Assembly (NCBI GenBank): GCA_007376265.1
Contig: VMFW01000004.1
Location: 1 to 48,023, forward strand
Direction of reading: 5' to 3'
From: Parcubacteria group bacterium Gr01-1014_20
GTDB lineage: Bacteria > Patescibacteriota > Minisyncoccia > UBA6257 > 2-01-FULL-56-20
DNA: 48,023 nt
Under the pieces are notes generated by a model, which worked only from the letters and a program-made list of their open reading frames with translations, ran no database searches and had not been told where the DNA came from. Below, piece by piece: positions 1-7,788 of the stretch. The number at the start of each line of letters is the position of its first letter. The stretch's first letter is position 1. The position numbers and the translations under genes were made by a program.

Positions 1-100
1 TTTGATCCACCAGGAGCTCCCCAAAGGTTAGTGGTTCAAAACATCCATCAGACATTTGCATCCAATCTCTTTTTAAGTCGGAAGCAGTCTTGGTTGCCAT
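1..100 (-). CDS. hypothetical protein, N-terminal part only (continues past window start)
   Basis: ATG at complement 98-100 with an AGGGGG SD 6 nt upstream. Reads MATKTASDLKRDWMQMSDGCFEPLTFGELLVDQ. Starts 12 nt after the stop of the 57-aa ORF on the same strand. Confidence 0.4.
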   Translation of the reverse strand, partial: MATKTASDLKRDWMQMSDGCFEPLTFGELLVDQ

Positions 101-112
101 TACTTACCCCCT

Positions 113-286
113 TCAGGAGAACCAAATAAGAGCGGATATGCCTCCAGTTAAGGAGGTGATCGTATAGTGAACTAGTTTCTTCGACACTGGGATAGTCGAA
201 AGATCGATTCCCATTGCTCGGTCCACAGTTGCTCCCACAACGCTCCCAATGAGGATGACCAAGAGAGCTAACATGCCAGTGAACAT
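113..286 (-). CDS. small membrane protein, 57 aa (below ORF-track cutoff)
   Basis: GAAAGGAG SD before the ATG at complement 284-286. Translation MFTGMLALLVILIGSVVGATVDRAMGIDLSTIPVSKKLVHYTITSLTGGISALIWFS has two hydrophobic segments. Confidence 0.5.
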   Translation of the reverse strand: MFTGMLALLVILIGSVVGATVDRAMGIDLSTIPVSKKLVHYTITSLTGGISALIWFS

Positions 287-340
287 TCCAAGCTCCTTTC
301 GTTGTTGAATTTTCCGATTAGTAGTGTATCATTAAACAAC

Positions 341-793
341 ATGTTTGTCAACCAAACCCACAACCTCAAAGACTTAATAAAAGAGGTTCTAGAAAAAGGC
401 TATTTAATGAGTTTAGCCGTTCAGGACGACGGCGGAGTTTGGGTGAGCGATGTGATCTATATTCATGACGAGGATCTAAACATCTATTGGATGTCTGATC
501 CTGACGTCAGGCACTCCAAGGCCATAGGAAGAACTAGCCCGGTAGCAGCCTCAATAACCATTAGCGACAGGGGAGAAAATAATTTAGGTCTCCAATTCGA
601 AGGCGTAGCCGAAAAAATAGCCGGTGCTCGCCACGATCTTGCCACTAAGCATTACCTGAAACGAAACAAGCCCATCCCCAATGAAAGCGACGATGTGCTC
701 GAAGGTGATTCGTGGTACGTCATCCATCCCAGAAAAATTGAGCTCATCAACGAAAAGTTGTTTGGATTCAAAAAGCAAAAGTTTGAACTATAA
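341..793 (+). CDS. pyridoxamine 5'-phosphate oxidase-like FMN-binding split-barrel protein (general stress protein 26-like)
   Basis: ORF 302..793, with the first ATG at 341 (MFVNQTHNLKDLIKEVL). The pattern LMSLAVQDDGGVWVSDVIYIHDEDLNIYWMSDPDVRHSKAI resembles the PNPOx-like fold. The family call is by eye only. Confidence 0.6.
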   Translation: MFVNQTHNLKDLIKEVLEKGYLMSLAVQDDGGVWVSDVIYIHDEDLNIYWMSDPDVRHSKAIGRTSPVAASITISDRGENNLGLQFEGVAEKIAGARHDLATKHYLKRNKPIPNESDDVLEGDSWYVIHPRKIELINEKLFGFKKQKFEL

Positions 794-818
794 AAAACCG
801 CCACAACGTGTGTGGCGG
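792..818 (-). terminator. intrinsic terminator hairpin for the minus-strand small-gene operon
   Basis: ccgccaca (798-805) pairs with tgtggcgg (811-818). The A6 run at 792-797 gives a U-tract on the minus strand. It sits between convergent genes. Confidence 0.6.
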
Positions 819-835
819 GTGGTGGTAGTCATCGA

Positions 836-1021
836 TTACAACCTAAGTTCTCCATCTCTTGCAAACTCAATTTTGAGCGTCACAGGGAGCGCTTCTGGTC
901 GAATCACTTCATAGCGCCAGCACACCCCGCCCCCGTTCGGGTAGCTCCACAAAGCAAGCTTGCGGACAGCACCTTCTCTCTCGAGTTTCTCAAAAATATC
1001 AAGCAGGCTGATAGAGCTCAT
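836..1021 (-). CDS. hypothetical small protein, 61 aa
   Basis: ORF-track entry. GGAGGGGGAG SD lies directly upstream. Its ATG overlaps the stop of the upstream 42-aa ORF (ATGA), indicating coupling. Confidence 0.6.
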   Translation of the reverse strand: MSSISLLDIFEKLEREGAVRKLALWSYPNGGGVCWRYEVIRPEALPVTLKIEFARDGELRL

Positions 1022-1146
1022 CTCCCCCTCCTTCTTCTACTTCCTCCATTCAACAGCCCTAGTACCACTCCCAAAAAAAATCCAAAGCCGGGTTCGTTCA
1101 TGGCGAGTCCTATGAAAAACCCGACGAAGAACCATCCTAAGCTCAT
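1018..1146 (-). CDS. glycine-rich membrane peptide, 42 aa (below ORF-track cutoff)
   Basis: GGAGGGGAAG SD, then ATG at complement 1144-1146. Translation is MSLGWFFVGFFIGLAMNEPGFGFFLGVVLGLLNGGSRRRRGR. The stop overlaps the next start. Confidence 0.45.
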   Translation of the reverse strand: MSLGWFFVGFFIGLAMNEPGFGFFLGVVLGLLNGGSRRRRGR

Positions 1147-1178
1147 CTTCCCCTCCGAGTCAAAATTCTCGACTTACG

Positions 1179-1373
1179 TTAGTAGAAGTTGCGCCGGTCG
1201 CGAACGAACGGCCAGAATCTTCCGTGATTCAAGTAGTTCAGCAGTGAGGCTTCGAGCGCTAGAACAACAATAGCGACACTTACTGCTAGGACAAGTGACG
1301 TCCCCTCAAATAAGAGTATCGCGCAGCACAAACCAGCAAGAAGAAACGTGATCAGGAACTCAAACCCATTCAT
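1179..1373 (-). CDS. small two-TM membrane protein, 64 aa
   Basis: Internal ATG of ORF 1179..1517, preceded by a GAGGAGG SD (ccagaggaggtctatATG). Translation is MNGFEFLITFLLAGLCCAILLFEGTSLVLAVSVAIVVLALEASLLNYLNHGRFWPFVRDRRNFY. Confidence 0.55.
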   Translation of the reverse strand: MNGFEFLITFLLAGLCCAILLFEGTSLVLAVSVAIVVLALEASLLNYLNHGRFWPFVRDRRNFY

Positions 1374-1416
1374 ATAGACCTCCTCTGGCGTTAAAGAGCA
1401 GCAACCCTTTATTAGG

Positions 1417-1445
1417 AGCATAACATATATATAGATAAATGTCAA
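1417..1445 (-). promoter_or_regulatory. sigma70-like promoter for the three small minus-strand genes
   Basis: On the minus strand: TTGACA (1445-1440), 17 nt, TATGCT (1422-1417). Confidence 0.5.
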
Positions 1446-1481
1446 TAAACTACGGAAAGCAAAGCTTTTGGGCTCAAAAAG

Positions 1482-1490
1482 TGCTAAAAT
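1482..1490 (+). promoter_or_regulatory. extended -10 element (TGcTAAAAT) placed 6 nt before the ATG at 1497; leaderless-type arrangement
   Basis: gTGcTAAAATaggcggATG, with no convincing SD between the -10 and the start codon. Confidence 0.45.
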
Positions 1491-1496
1491 AGGCGG

Positions 1497-2324
1497 ATGA
1501 AACCTGGGGAAGGCCAATCGGGGTTCGAAACTTCGAAGGATGTCTTTTCAGCGGAAAATGTCAGTGGCCAAATTGCGGCCGCTTTTAATTCACCCGAAAA
1601 GAAGGCCGTCTATCTAGCTAAAAAAGCCTTCCTTGAAAAATATCCCACTGAAACCCAAGCCATAGAAACGGTTTTCGGCATTATTCCGACCCTTAGGAAT
1701 TCAGAAGGTCTGAAAACCATGGATGCTAAAAAAGATGGCTGGAAAAAAGTTAAACAAACCTTAAAGAACGTCACAGAGTACAACTTTTTGCTCACTGATC
1801 TGATCCACAACAACATTGAAAATCGTGAGTTTCTAGAAGGGTTATGGAAAACCCTGAGCACATTGGCAAGGGATGTTAATCAGGAAAAACAGTTTGACCA
1901 GCTAAGACGAGGAATCTTGAGCCAGGTCGCCGCCTGGCGAGTTTTGGAGGAAAATGGATCCAATCCAAAACTATCTCATCCGGGCGAAGACGCTTTTGAT
2001 TCGATTGACCTCTGGACGGAAAAAGGCGAAGCCGTTCAAGTTAAAGGCGCTCCAATTCACGGAGTGGCCCTAATCGAAACCGATACCGTGGCTTTTCCAG
2101 GAGTTACTTTCGAAGGAAAAGGGGGCGGCAATCACTATCATCTTAATAGCCATCTTTTTTTGGAGGCGCAGCGTTTTAAAGCCAAAATGAGTCGTTACGG
2201 AGAGCTTCATAATGAAGATACGAAAGGGCTGTTTTTAGTTGTTCCGTATGAAGATATCGATTTTACAACCGGCGAACCTAATCGGCGCGTGGTCGATGAG
2301 GTAAAAAAGTCACTACCCGTCTAA
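1497..2324 (+). CDS. hypothetical protein with possible PD-(D/E)xK nuclease-like motif
   Basis: 275-aa ORF. The segment VLEENG...HPGEDAFDSIDLWTEKGEAVQVKG fits an E...D...(E/Q)xK restriction-endonuclease-fold pattern. The function is unverified. Confidence 0.65.
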   Translation: MKPGEGQSGFETSKDVFSAENVSGQIAAAFNSPEKKAVYLAKKAFLEKYPTETQAIETVFGIIPTLRNSEGLKTMDAKKDGWKKVKQTLKNVTEYNFLLTDLIHNNIENREFLEGLWKTLSTLARDVNQEKQFDQLRRGILSQVAAWRVLEENGSNPKLSHPGEDAFDSIDLWTEKGEAVQVKGAPIHGVALIETDTVAFPGVTFEGKGGGNHYHLNSHLFLEAQRFKAKMSRYGELHNEDTKGLFLVVPYEDIDFTTGEPNRRVVDEVKKSLPV

Positions 2325-2338
2325 TCTTCGTACCTAAA

Positions 2339-3625
2339 ATGGGGAAAATTTTAAATTTTGAGAAACTCGCAGTTACTACTTTAAGAAAAAAAGCGCTTGC
2401 AATCGCCGAAGCCGGTTTTGATGCCATCGACACCAAGCGGGTGGTTGAACAAAACGTGCGTCTCAGCGGCAATAGTCTTTTAATTAAAAATGAGGTTGTT
2501 AATTTAGATAAAACCAGAAGAATTAGGCTGGTCGGTTTCGGGAAGTGCGCCATCGATGCGGCCAAAACTCTTGAGAGTATCCTTGGGCATCGTTTAAGTG
2601 GAGGTATCATCCTAGATGTTCGCGATGGCCAACTCAAAAAAGTCGAAGTTATTCACGGCGACCACCCCTTACCGACCGAAAGAAACGCCGACGCGACGAA
2701 AAAAATTATTGAATTCCTAAAGGATTCAAATGAGGACGACCTGATTATTTTTATTGTTTCGGGGGGAGGCACCACTCTCCTTTGCCAACCAGATAAAATG
2801 ACTTGTCAGGAGGAAGCCGACATCGTTCGATGCCTCTTTTCGGCTGGCGCTTCGATCGAAAAAATGAACATCCTTCGCAAGCATCTTTCTTACGCAAGAG
2901 GCGGCTTTTTGGCTAAGTATGCCTATCCAGCTAAAACCGTCGCACTCATCTTTTCAGATGTCCCCGGCGATAATCTCAACCTCATTGCCTCGGGGGCAAC
3001 CATTAAAGATACATCCACTATTGAGGACGCCAAAAAAATTATTGCTGAATTCAAGCTAAATGAAACCTGCGGTTTTAAGGAAGATAATTTGATCGAAACC
3101 CCAAAGGAGGAAAAATATTTCGAAAACTCGAAGAACATCATTCTAGTTTCAAACGAAGTCGCCCTTCGGGCAATGGCCGAAAAAGCTCGGGAACTTGGAC
3201 TAAAAGCCACTATTCGTGACGCCCACCTCGCGGGCGAAGCCATAGCGGTGGGGAGGGATATAGTTGAAAAGTTAGCCCACTCACCAAAAAAAACCGCTTT
3301 TCTTTATGGTGGAGAGACAGCGGTCACAAAAATTGGCAAAGGAAAGGGCGGGCGCAACTTGGAATTGGCCCTCTCTGCGCTCCGCTTTATCAAGCCAGAA
3401 CAAATCATCGTTACAATCGCCTCGGATGGTCAGGATAATTCCGATTTTGCGGGTGGAATTTGTGATATAATTACCCGGGAAAAGGCCACTTCGGCCGGTT
3501 TAGTTTTTCAAAAATATCTTGGCGATAACGAATCGTATGCTTTTTTTGAAAAAACCGGCCAATATCTTAAAACTGGGCACACCGGATCGAATGTTTCTGA
3601 CCTGATCATTGCTATAAATCAGTAA
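2339..3625 (+). CDS. glycerate 2-kinase (MOFRL family, GckA/TtuD-type)
   Basis: 428 aa. N-terminal segment LVGFGKCAIDAA, plus IVSGGGTTLL and C-terminal GGETAVTKIGKGKGGRNLELALSA, which are typical of DUF4147+MOFRL glycerate kinases. Confidence 0.85.
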   Translation: MGKILNFEKLAVTTLRKKALAIAEAGFDAIDTKRVVEQNVRLSGNSLLIKNEVVNLDKTRRIRLVGFGKCAIDAAKTLESILGHRLSGGIILDVRDGQLKKVEVIHGDHPLPTERNADATKKIIEFLKDSNEDDLIIFIVSGGGTTLLCQPDKMTCQEEADIVRCLFSAGASIEKMNILRKHLSYARGGFLAKYAYPAKTVALIFSDVPGDNLNLIASGATIKDTSTIEDAKKIIAEFKLNETCGFKEDNLIETPKEEKYFENSKNIILVSNEVALRAMAEKARELGLKATIRDAHLAGEAIAVGRDIVEKLAHSPKKTAFLYGGETAVTKIGKGKGGRNLELALSALRFIKPEQIIVTIASDGQDNSDFAGGICDIITREKATSAGLVFQKYLGDNESYAFFEKTGQYLKTGHTGSNVSDLIIAINQ

Positions 3626-3647
3626 AACAAACGTAAAAAGTAAAATT

Positions 3648-6062
3648 ATGTCCAAAAAACTCGTCGTGTCGATGGATTCAGTTGGTATCAAAGACGTTGC
3701 GCAAGTTGGTGGGAAAAATGCGTCACTCGGCGAAATGCTTCGAACCCTGAAACCTAAAGGGATTAATGTCCCAGGTGGTTTTATTGTCACCGCTACTGCT
3801 TACCAACATTTCCTGAAAACCACCGGTCTTCAAAAATTTATCAAAGATTCCCTAAGAGGTCTCAACACCAAAGATTTAAAAAACTTATCCAGCCGCGGTA
3901 AACTCGTCCGCGACATGATCAAAGAAAAAAACTTCCCCGCTGATCTTAGGCGTGAAATAATAAAATTCTATAAACAAATGGAACGTCAGTACGGCGTAAA
4001 TGTTGATGTCGCCGTCCGCTCTTCCGCCACCGCCGAAGATTTACCCGGCGCCTCTTTCGCCGGCGAACATGAAACCTATCTCGGCATCCGCGGCACCGAT
4101 GAACTCATGAAAGCGGTCCGCGCCGCTATGGCTTCGCTTTTCACCGACCGAGCTATTTCTTACCGCGTCGACAAAGGTTTTGATCATTTTAAAATCTCCC
4201 TTTCGGTTGGTGTTCAAAAAATGGTTCGATCGGATCTGGGCGCTTCAGGTGTGATGTTTACTCTCGACACCGAATCTGGCTTTAAAGACGTTGTCTTGAT
4301 CAATGCCGTCTGGGGTTTAGGCGAAATGATTGTCCAGGGCAAAGTTACACCAGACGAATTTCTTGTTTGGAAAAAAAACCCTACCCTCCCAATCATCAGT
4401 CGGAAACTTCAGGTGAAGGACGAAAAAATGATCTACGCCAAACACACCACTGGCGTCAAAGCCACTAAAGTCATCACCTGCACCCCCAAAGAAAAACACT
4501 CTTTTGTGATTTCAGATAAAGAAGTTCAGAAACTCGCCGAGTGGGCTGTCATGATTGAAGACCATTACACCAAAAAGGCCAAAAAGTGGACCCCAATGGA
4601 TATGGAATGGGCCAAAGATGGTAAAACCGGCGAACTCTTTATTGTTCAAGCCCGCCCCGAAACCATCCACGCCTTAAGAGATTATTCCAAAGTCCGCGAA
4701 TACATCCGCCTCGGTAATGGCAAAGAAATCGTTCGAGGCGCCTCCGTAGGCTCTCAAATCGCTACCGGCAAAGCCAGAATTATTATGGACGTTAAAGGCG
4801 TCGGCTCGTTTAAGGAGGGCGAAGTTTTAGTGACCGATATGACCGATCCCGATTGGGAGCCGATTATGAAAATTGCCTCCGCTATTGTGACCGACAAAGG
4901 CGGGCGCACCTCGCACGCCGCCATCGTTTCGCGCGAGCTTGGCATCGCTTGCATCGTCGGCTCTGGTGACGCCACTAAAAAAATCAAAACGGGTGAGGAA
5001 ATTACGATAGATACCACTGGCTCCGAGGGTATCGTTTTTAATGGAGCCCTGAAATTCAAAGTGGTTGAACACAACATCAAAAAACTTCCGAAACCGAAAA
5101 CCAAGATTATGGTCAACATCGCCACACCCGACACCGCTTTCGAAAAATCTTTCCTACCAGCCAAAGGCGTAGGACTAGCCAGAGAAGAATTCATCATCGC
5201 TTCCACTATCGGTATCCACCCGCTCGCGCTTTTAAATTATTCTAAAATGAAAGGCGTCGTCCGAAACGAAATCGATCGACGAACTTATGGCTGGAAAAAC
5301 AAATCCCAGTTTTATGTTGATAATTTAGCTTATGGCATCGCCAAAATCTGCGTTGCCTTCCATCCCTACCCCGTCCTCGTTCGATTCTCCGATTTCAAAA
5401 CCAACGAATATCGCGCGTTGATCGGCGGCCAACTCTATGAACCCCTTGAAGAGAACCCAATGATCGGTTGGCGGGGCGCTTCTCGTTATTACGACCCAAA
5501 GTTCAAGGAAGCCTTCAAGCTTGAATGTTTGGCGCTAAAAAAAGTTCGCCAGGAATTTGGCCTCGAAAACGCCCATCCCATGGTTCCTTTCTGTCGCACC
5601 AAAGAGGAGGGTGTGAAAATTCAGGAAATTATGGCGCAAGTCGGGCTCGTCACTAAATATGTAAAATCCAAAAAACCAGCCAACACTCCAATTTTCGTGA
5701 TGTGTGAGATTCCAGCGAATGTCTTGTTGGCCGATGACTTCCTTTCCATTTTCGACGGCATGTCCATTGGATCGAATGACCTAGCCCAACTCACTCTTGG
5801 TCTTGATCGCGACGCCGGCGCACTTACTCACATTGCCAACGAAAACGATCCATCCGTAAAAAAACTCATTTCCGAAATCATTCATAAATGCAAAGCAAAA
5901 AAGAAATACATCGGCATCTGCGGTCAGGCTCCGTCCGATCATCCAGATTTCGCCAAATTCTTAGTTAAAGAAGGTATCGAAAGCATCTCCCTTAACCCCG
6001 ACACCGTCGTCTCCGCTACGATTGCGGTTGCAGAGACAGAGAAAAAGCTTCACAAAAAATAA
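3648..6062 (+). CDS. ppsA: phosphoenolpyruvate synthase (pyruvate, water dikinase)
   Basis: 804 aa. Motifs: VGGKNASLGEM ATP-grasp N-terminus, phosphohistidine swivel GGRTSHAAIVSRELGIACIVG, and a C-terminal PEP-utilising TIM barrel (GSNDLAQLTLGLDRD). Confidence 0.95.
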   Translation: MSKKLVVSMDSVGIKDVAQVGGKNASLGEMLRTLKPKGINVPGGFIVTATAYQHFLKTTGLQKFIKDSLRGLNTKDLKNLSSRGKLVRDMIKEKNFPADLRREIIKFYKQMERQYGVNVDVAVRSSATAEDLPGASFAGEHETYLGIRGTDELMKAVRAAMASLFTDRAISYRVDKGFDHFKISLSVGVQKMVRSDLGASGVMFTLDTESGFKDVVLINAVWGLGEMIVQGKVTPDEFLVWKKNPTLPIISRKLQVKDEKMIYAKHTTGVKATKVITCTPKEKHSFVISDKEVQKLAEWAVMIEDHYTKKAKKWTPMDMEWAKDGKTGELFIVQARPETIHALRDYSKVREYIRLGNGKEIVRGASVGSQIATGKARIIMDVKGVGSFKEGEVLVTDMTDPDWEPIMKIASAIVTDKGGRTSHAAIVSRELGIACIVGSGDATKKIKTGEEITIDTTGSEGIVFNGALKFKVVEHNIKKLPKPKTKIMVNIATPDTAFEKSFLPAKGVGLAREEFIIASTIGIHPLALLNYSKMKGVVRNEIDRRTYGWKNKSQFYVDNLAYGIAKICVAFHPYPVLVRFSDFKTNEYRALIGGQLYEPLEENPMIGWRGASRYYDPKFKEAFKLECLALKKVRQEFGLENAHPMVPFCRTKEEGVKIQEIMAQVGLVTKYVKSKKPANTPIFVMCEIPANVLLADDFLSIFDGMSIGSNDLAQLTLGLDRDAGALTHIANENDPSVKKLISEIIHKCKAKKKYIGICGQAPSDHPDFAKFLVKEGIESISLNPDTVVSATIAVAETEKKLHKK

Positions 6063-6077
6063 TCAGCAAATCTGTAA

Positions 6078-6112
6078 AAAATATAAAGGTTTAAAAACCT
6101 TTATATTTTTTT
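6078..6112 (+). terminator. intrinsic terminator after ppsA
   Basis: aaatataaaggtt pairs with aacctttatattt, followed by a T-run. Confidence 0.8.
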
Positions 6113-6155
6113 ATCTTATTGACCTCCTGACCCCCACTCCGGCAGATGGTGAGGG

Positions 6156-6185
6156 TTGACAAAAACATAAATTATTCCATACAAT
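6156..6185 (+). promoter_or_regulatory. sigma70-like promoter for the 153-aa orphan gene
   Basis: TTGACA (6156-6161), 18 nt, TACAAT (6180-6185). Confidence 0.55.
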
Positions 6186-6264
6186 ACCACCAGTAGAAGA
6201 TCGCCAACTGTTCTACAAAAAACCCAAACCGGCCATAGCAAGCCGATCCGAAAGGAGAATTGCG

Positions 6265-6726
6265 ATGTTTAAGAAGTTGACAATCATTTGCAGCGCTGAA
6301 TTCAGACGCGAAATGGAGGACTGGGCTGGACTTCGATCTAGCAAAGGACTTGCCGCCGCATTAGGACTACCATCCTTCGCCTTAACTTGCTGGCTTAGCG
6401 ATCCAGGTCCAAACTCCAGCCTACCTGAGGTATACGAACCCCTTCGAGCATTCCTGTGTCGACAAAATCATGAGTTCGAAATGATGCAGGATGCGCTCAG
6501 GAGATCGGCGCGAGTCGAAGGCTTCCTCTGCCGCTTTCATCCGTCAGATGCCATTCAGATGGATATGCATTTTTTCCGCAGTGGTCAGAAAGACGATTTT
6601 CATCACTGGCACGCAGGGTTCCTCGAATCAGGGAGGTTGGTATCGGCTGGGGTTAAACTTCTGGGATCGGTTCCTTATCAAGAAACCGAAGCAACTCAAT
6701 CAAATCCACCCCAGCAGTCAACCTAA
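6265..6726 (+). CDS. hypothetical protein (orphan, 153 aa)
   Basis: GAAAGGAG SD 7 nt before the ATG. Its own promoter and terminator are present. Codons are visibly more G/C-rich than in neighbouring genes. No motif was recognised. Confidence 0.6.
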   Translation: MFKKLTIICSAEFRREMEDWAGLRSSKGLAAALGLPSFALTCWLSDPGPNSSLPEVYEPLRAFLCRQNHEFEMMQDALRRSARVEGFLCRFHPSDAIQMDMHFFRSGQKDDFHHWHAGFLESGRLVSAGVKLLGSVPYQETEATQSNPPQQST

Positions 6727-6748
6727 TCGTCGACAAAGAGAGAAACAC

Positions 6749-6788
6749 AAACCCCGCCACCTGCACCACAGCGGGGTTTCTTCTTTTA
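6749..6788 (+). terminator. intrinsic terminator
   Basis: aaaccccgc (6749-6757) pairs with gcggggttt (6771-6779), followed by cttctttt. Confidence 0.7.
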
Positions 6789-6867
6789 AAAATCCACTAT
6801 TCTGCCTATAATTATTCGTATACCTGCCTGTTGGTAGGCAGATTCGATCAAAAATTTAATCTATCTA

Positions 6868-7401
6868 ATGAAAAACTTCACGTCGAAATTCATGGATATC
6901 ATGATCGGCATCGTGCTTGGTCTTGGATTCCAATGGTGGCCTGATCTTAAAGAGTCCTGGCAATACATTGCTTTTATCTTTGTCTACTTATCAATTATCG
7001 ACTACTGGGTAGACACCTCAGCGGCCAACAAAAAGTATCCTCCAAAAAAAGAGCTGGACCTAATCATTGATGTTGCAATTATGTTTACTCTATTTCTCTT
7101 AATCTATTCTTCTCTACAAACCATATCTTATTTGCTTATCACTTTTATCGTCTTTAGAATTTTTGACTCCTTCTGGATCGTAAGACGACTTCGTGAACAT
7201 GGAACAGAACTCTCAAACAGACGCATTTTCCATACTTGGCTAAAATCCAACATCATAGACGTTATCACCGCCCTCATCCTTATTGTTTTATCTTACAATA
7301 ATTTCATACCTCCCCTCACAGCACTTATTGCCTTCATTCTATTCAGAATAACGTTAAGGATAGTAGCAAGCGTTTATTATAAAAAAGTTTATTTTGCCTA
7401 A
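6868..7401 (+). CDS. hypothetical multi-pass membrane protein (177 aa)
   Basis: About five hydrophobic segments. There is no SD. TTTAAT lies 7 nt before the ATG, suggesting a leaderless-type start. Confidence 0.7.
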   Translation: MKNFTSKFMDIMIGIVLGLGFQWWPDLKESWQYIAFIFVYLSIIDYWVDTSAANKKYPPKKELDLIIDVAIMFTLFLLIYSSLQTISYLLITFIVFRIFDSFWIVRRLREHGTELSNRRIFHTWLKSNIIDVITALILIVLSYNNFIPPLTALIAFILFRITLRIVASVYYKKVYFA

Positions 7402-7410
7402 ACCAAAAAA

Positions 7411-7773
7411 ATGAAAACTCAATTTTACTCCATCAAACCGTGGGAAAAGAAATATCTCCAAAATAAAATCCAAACCCTTGGCTTGCCCATTGAAACCGAG
7501 TTTATCGTCGACCAACTCGACAAAGACCATATCCCCCCATATACTAGCGTCGAAATAATTTCCGTTTTTGTGGGTTCCGTAGTTGATCAAGATGTAATAA
7601 ATTCATTCCCCAACCTCAAGCTTATTACCACTCGCTCCACCGGCTACAACCACCTTGATGTCGTGAGCGCCAAAGAAAAAAATATCCCCGTCGCCCACGT
7701 TCCCACCTACGGCGAAAACACCGTTGCCATCGCTGATACCGAAAAACGCCTGAAAAAATCACCGGCTTTCTAA
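7411..7773 (+). pseudogene. truncated N-terminal remnant of a D-isomer-specific 2-hydroxyacid dehydrogenase
   Basis: Residues 1-106 align with the N-terminus of the intact paralog at 11289 (LITTRSTGYNHLDV...VPTYGENTVA versus LIATRSTGFDHIDL...VPGYGDNTVA). After about nt 7728 the sequence diverges (IADTEKRLKKSPAF) and stops. The NAD-binding and catalytic domains are absent. Confidence 0.7.
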
Positions 7774-7788
7774 AGTTTTAATAAGATC

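Noticed and set aside
4754-5206. 150-aa minus-strand ORF, plus other antisense ORFs at 4214-4499 and 4827-5072, inside ppsA.
   Set aside because: These lie entirely antisense to a confidently identified, motif-rich gene. They have no SD or promoter and a low-complexity composition typical of shadow ORFs. The same reasoning applies to the antisense ORFs within uvrB, uvrA, eno, guaB, purA, dinB and the other identified genes.
6491-6811. 106-aa plus-strand ORF overlapping the 3' half of the 6265-6726 gene in another frame.
   Set aside because: It has no SD and reads through the terminator hairpin at 6749-6788. The Arg/Ser-rich translation looks like an out-of-frame artefact.
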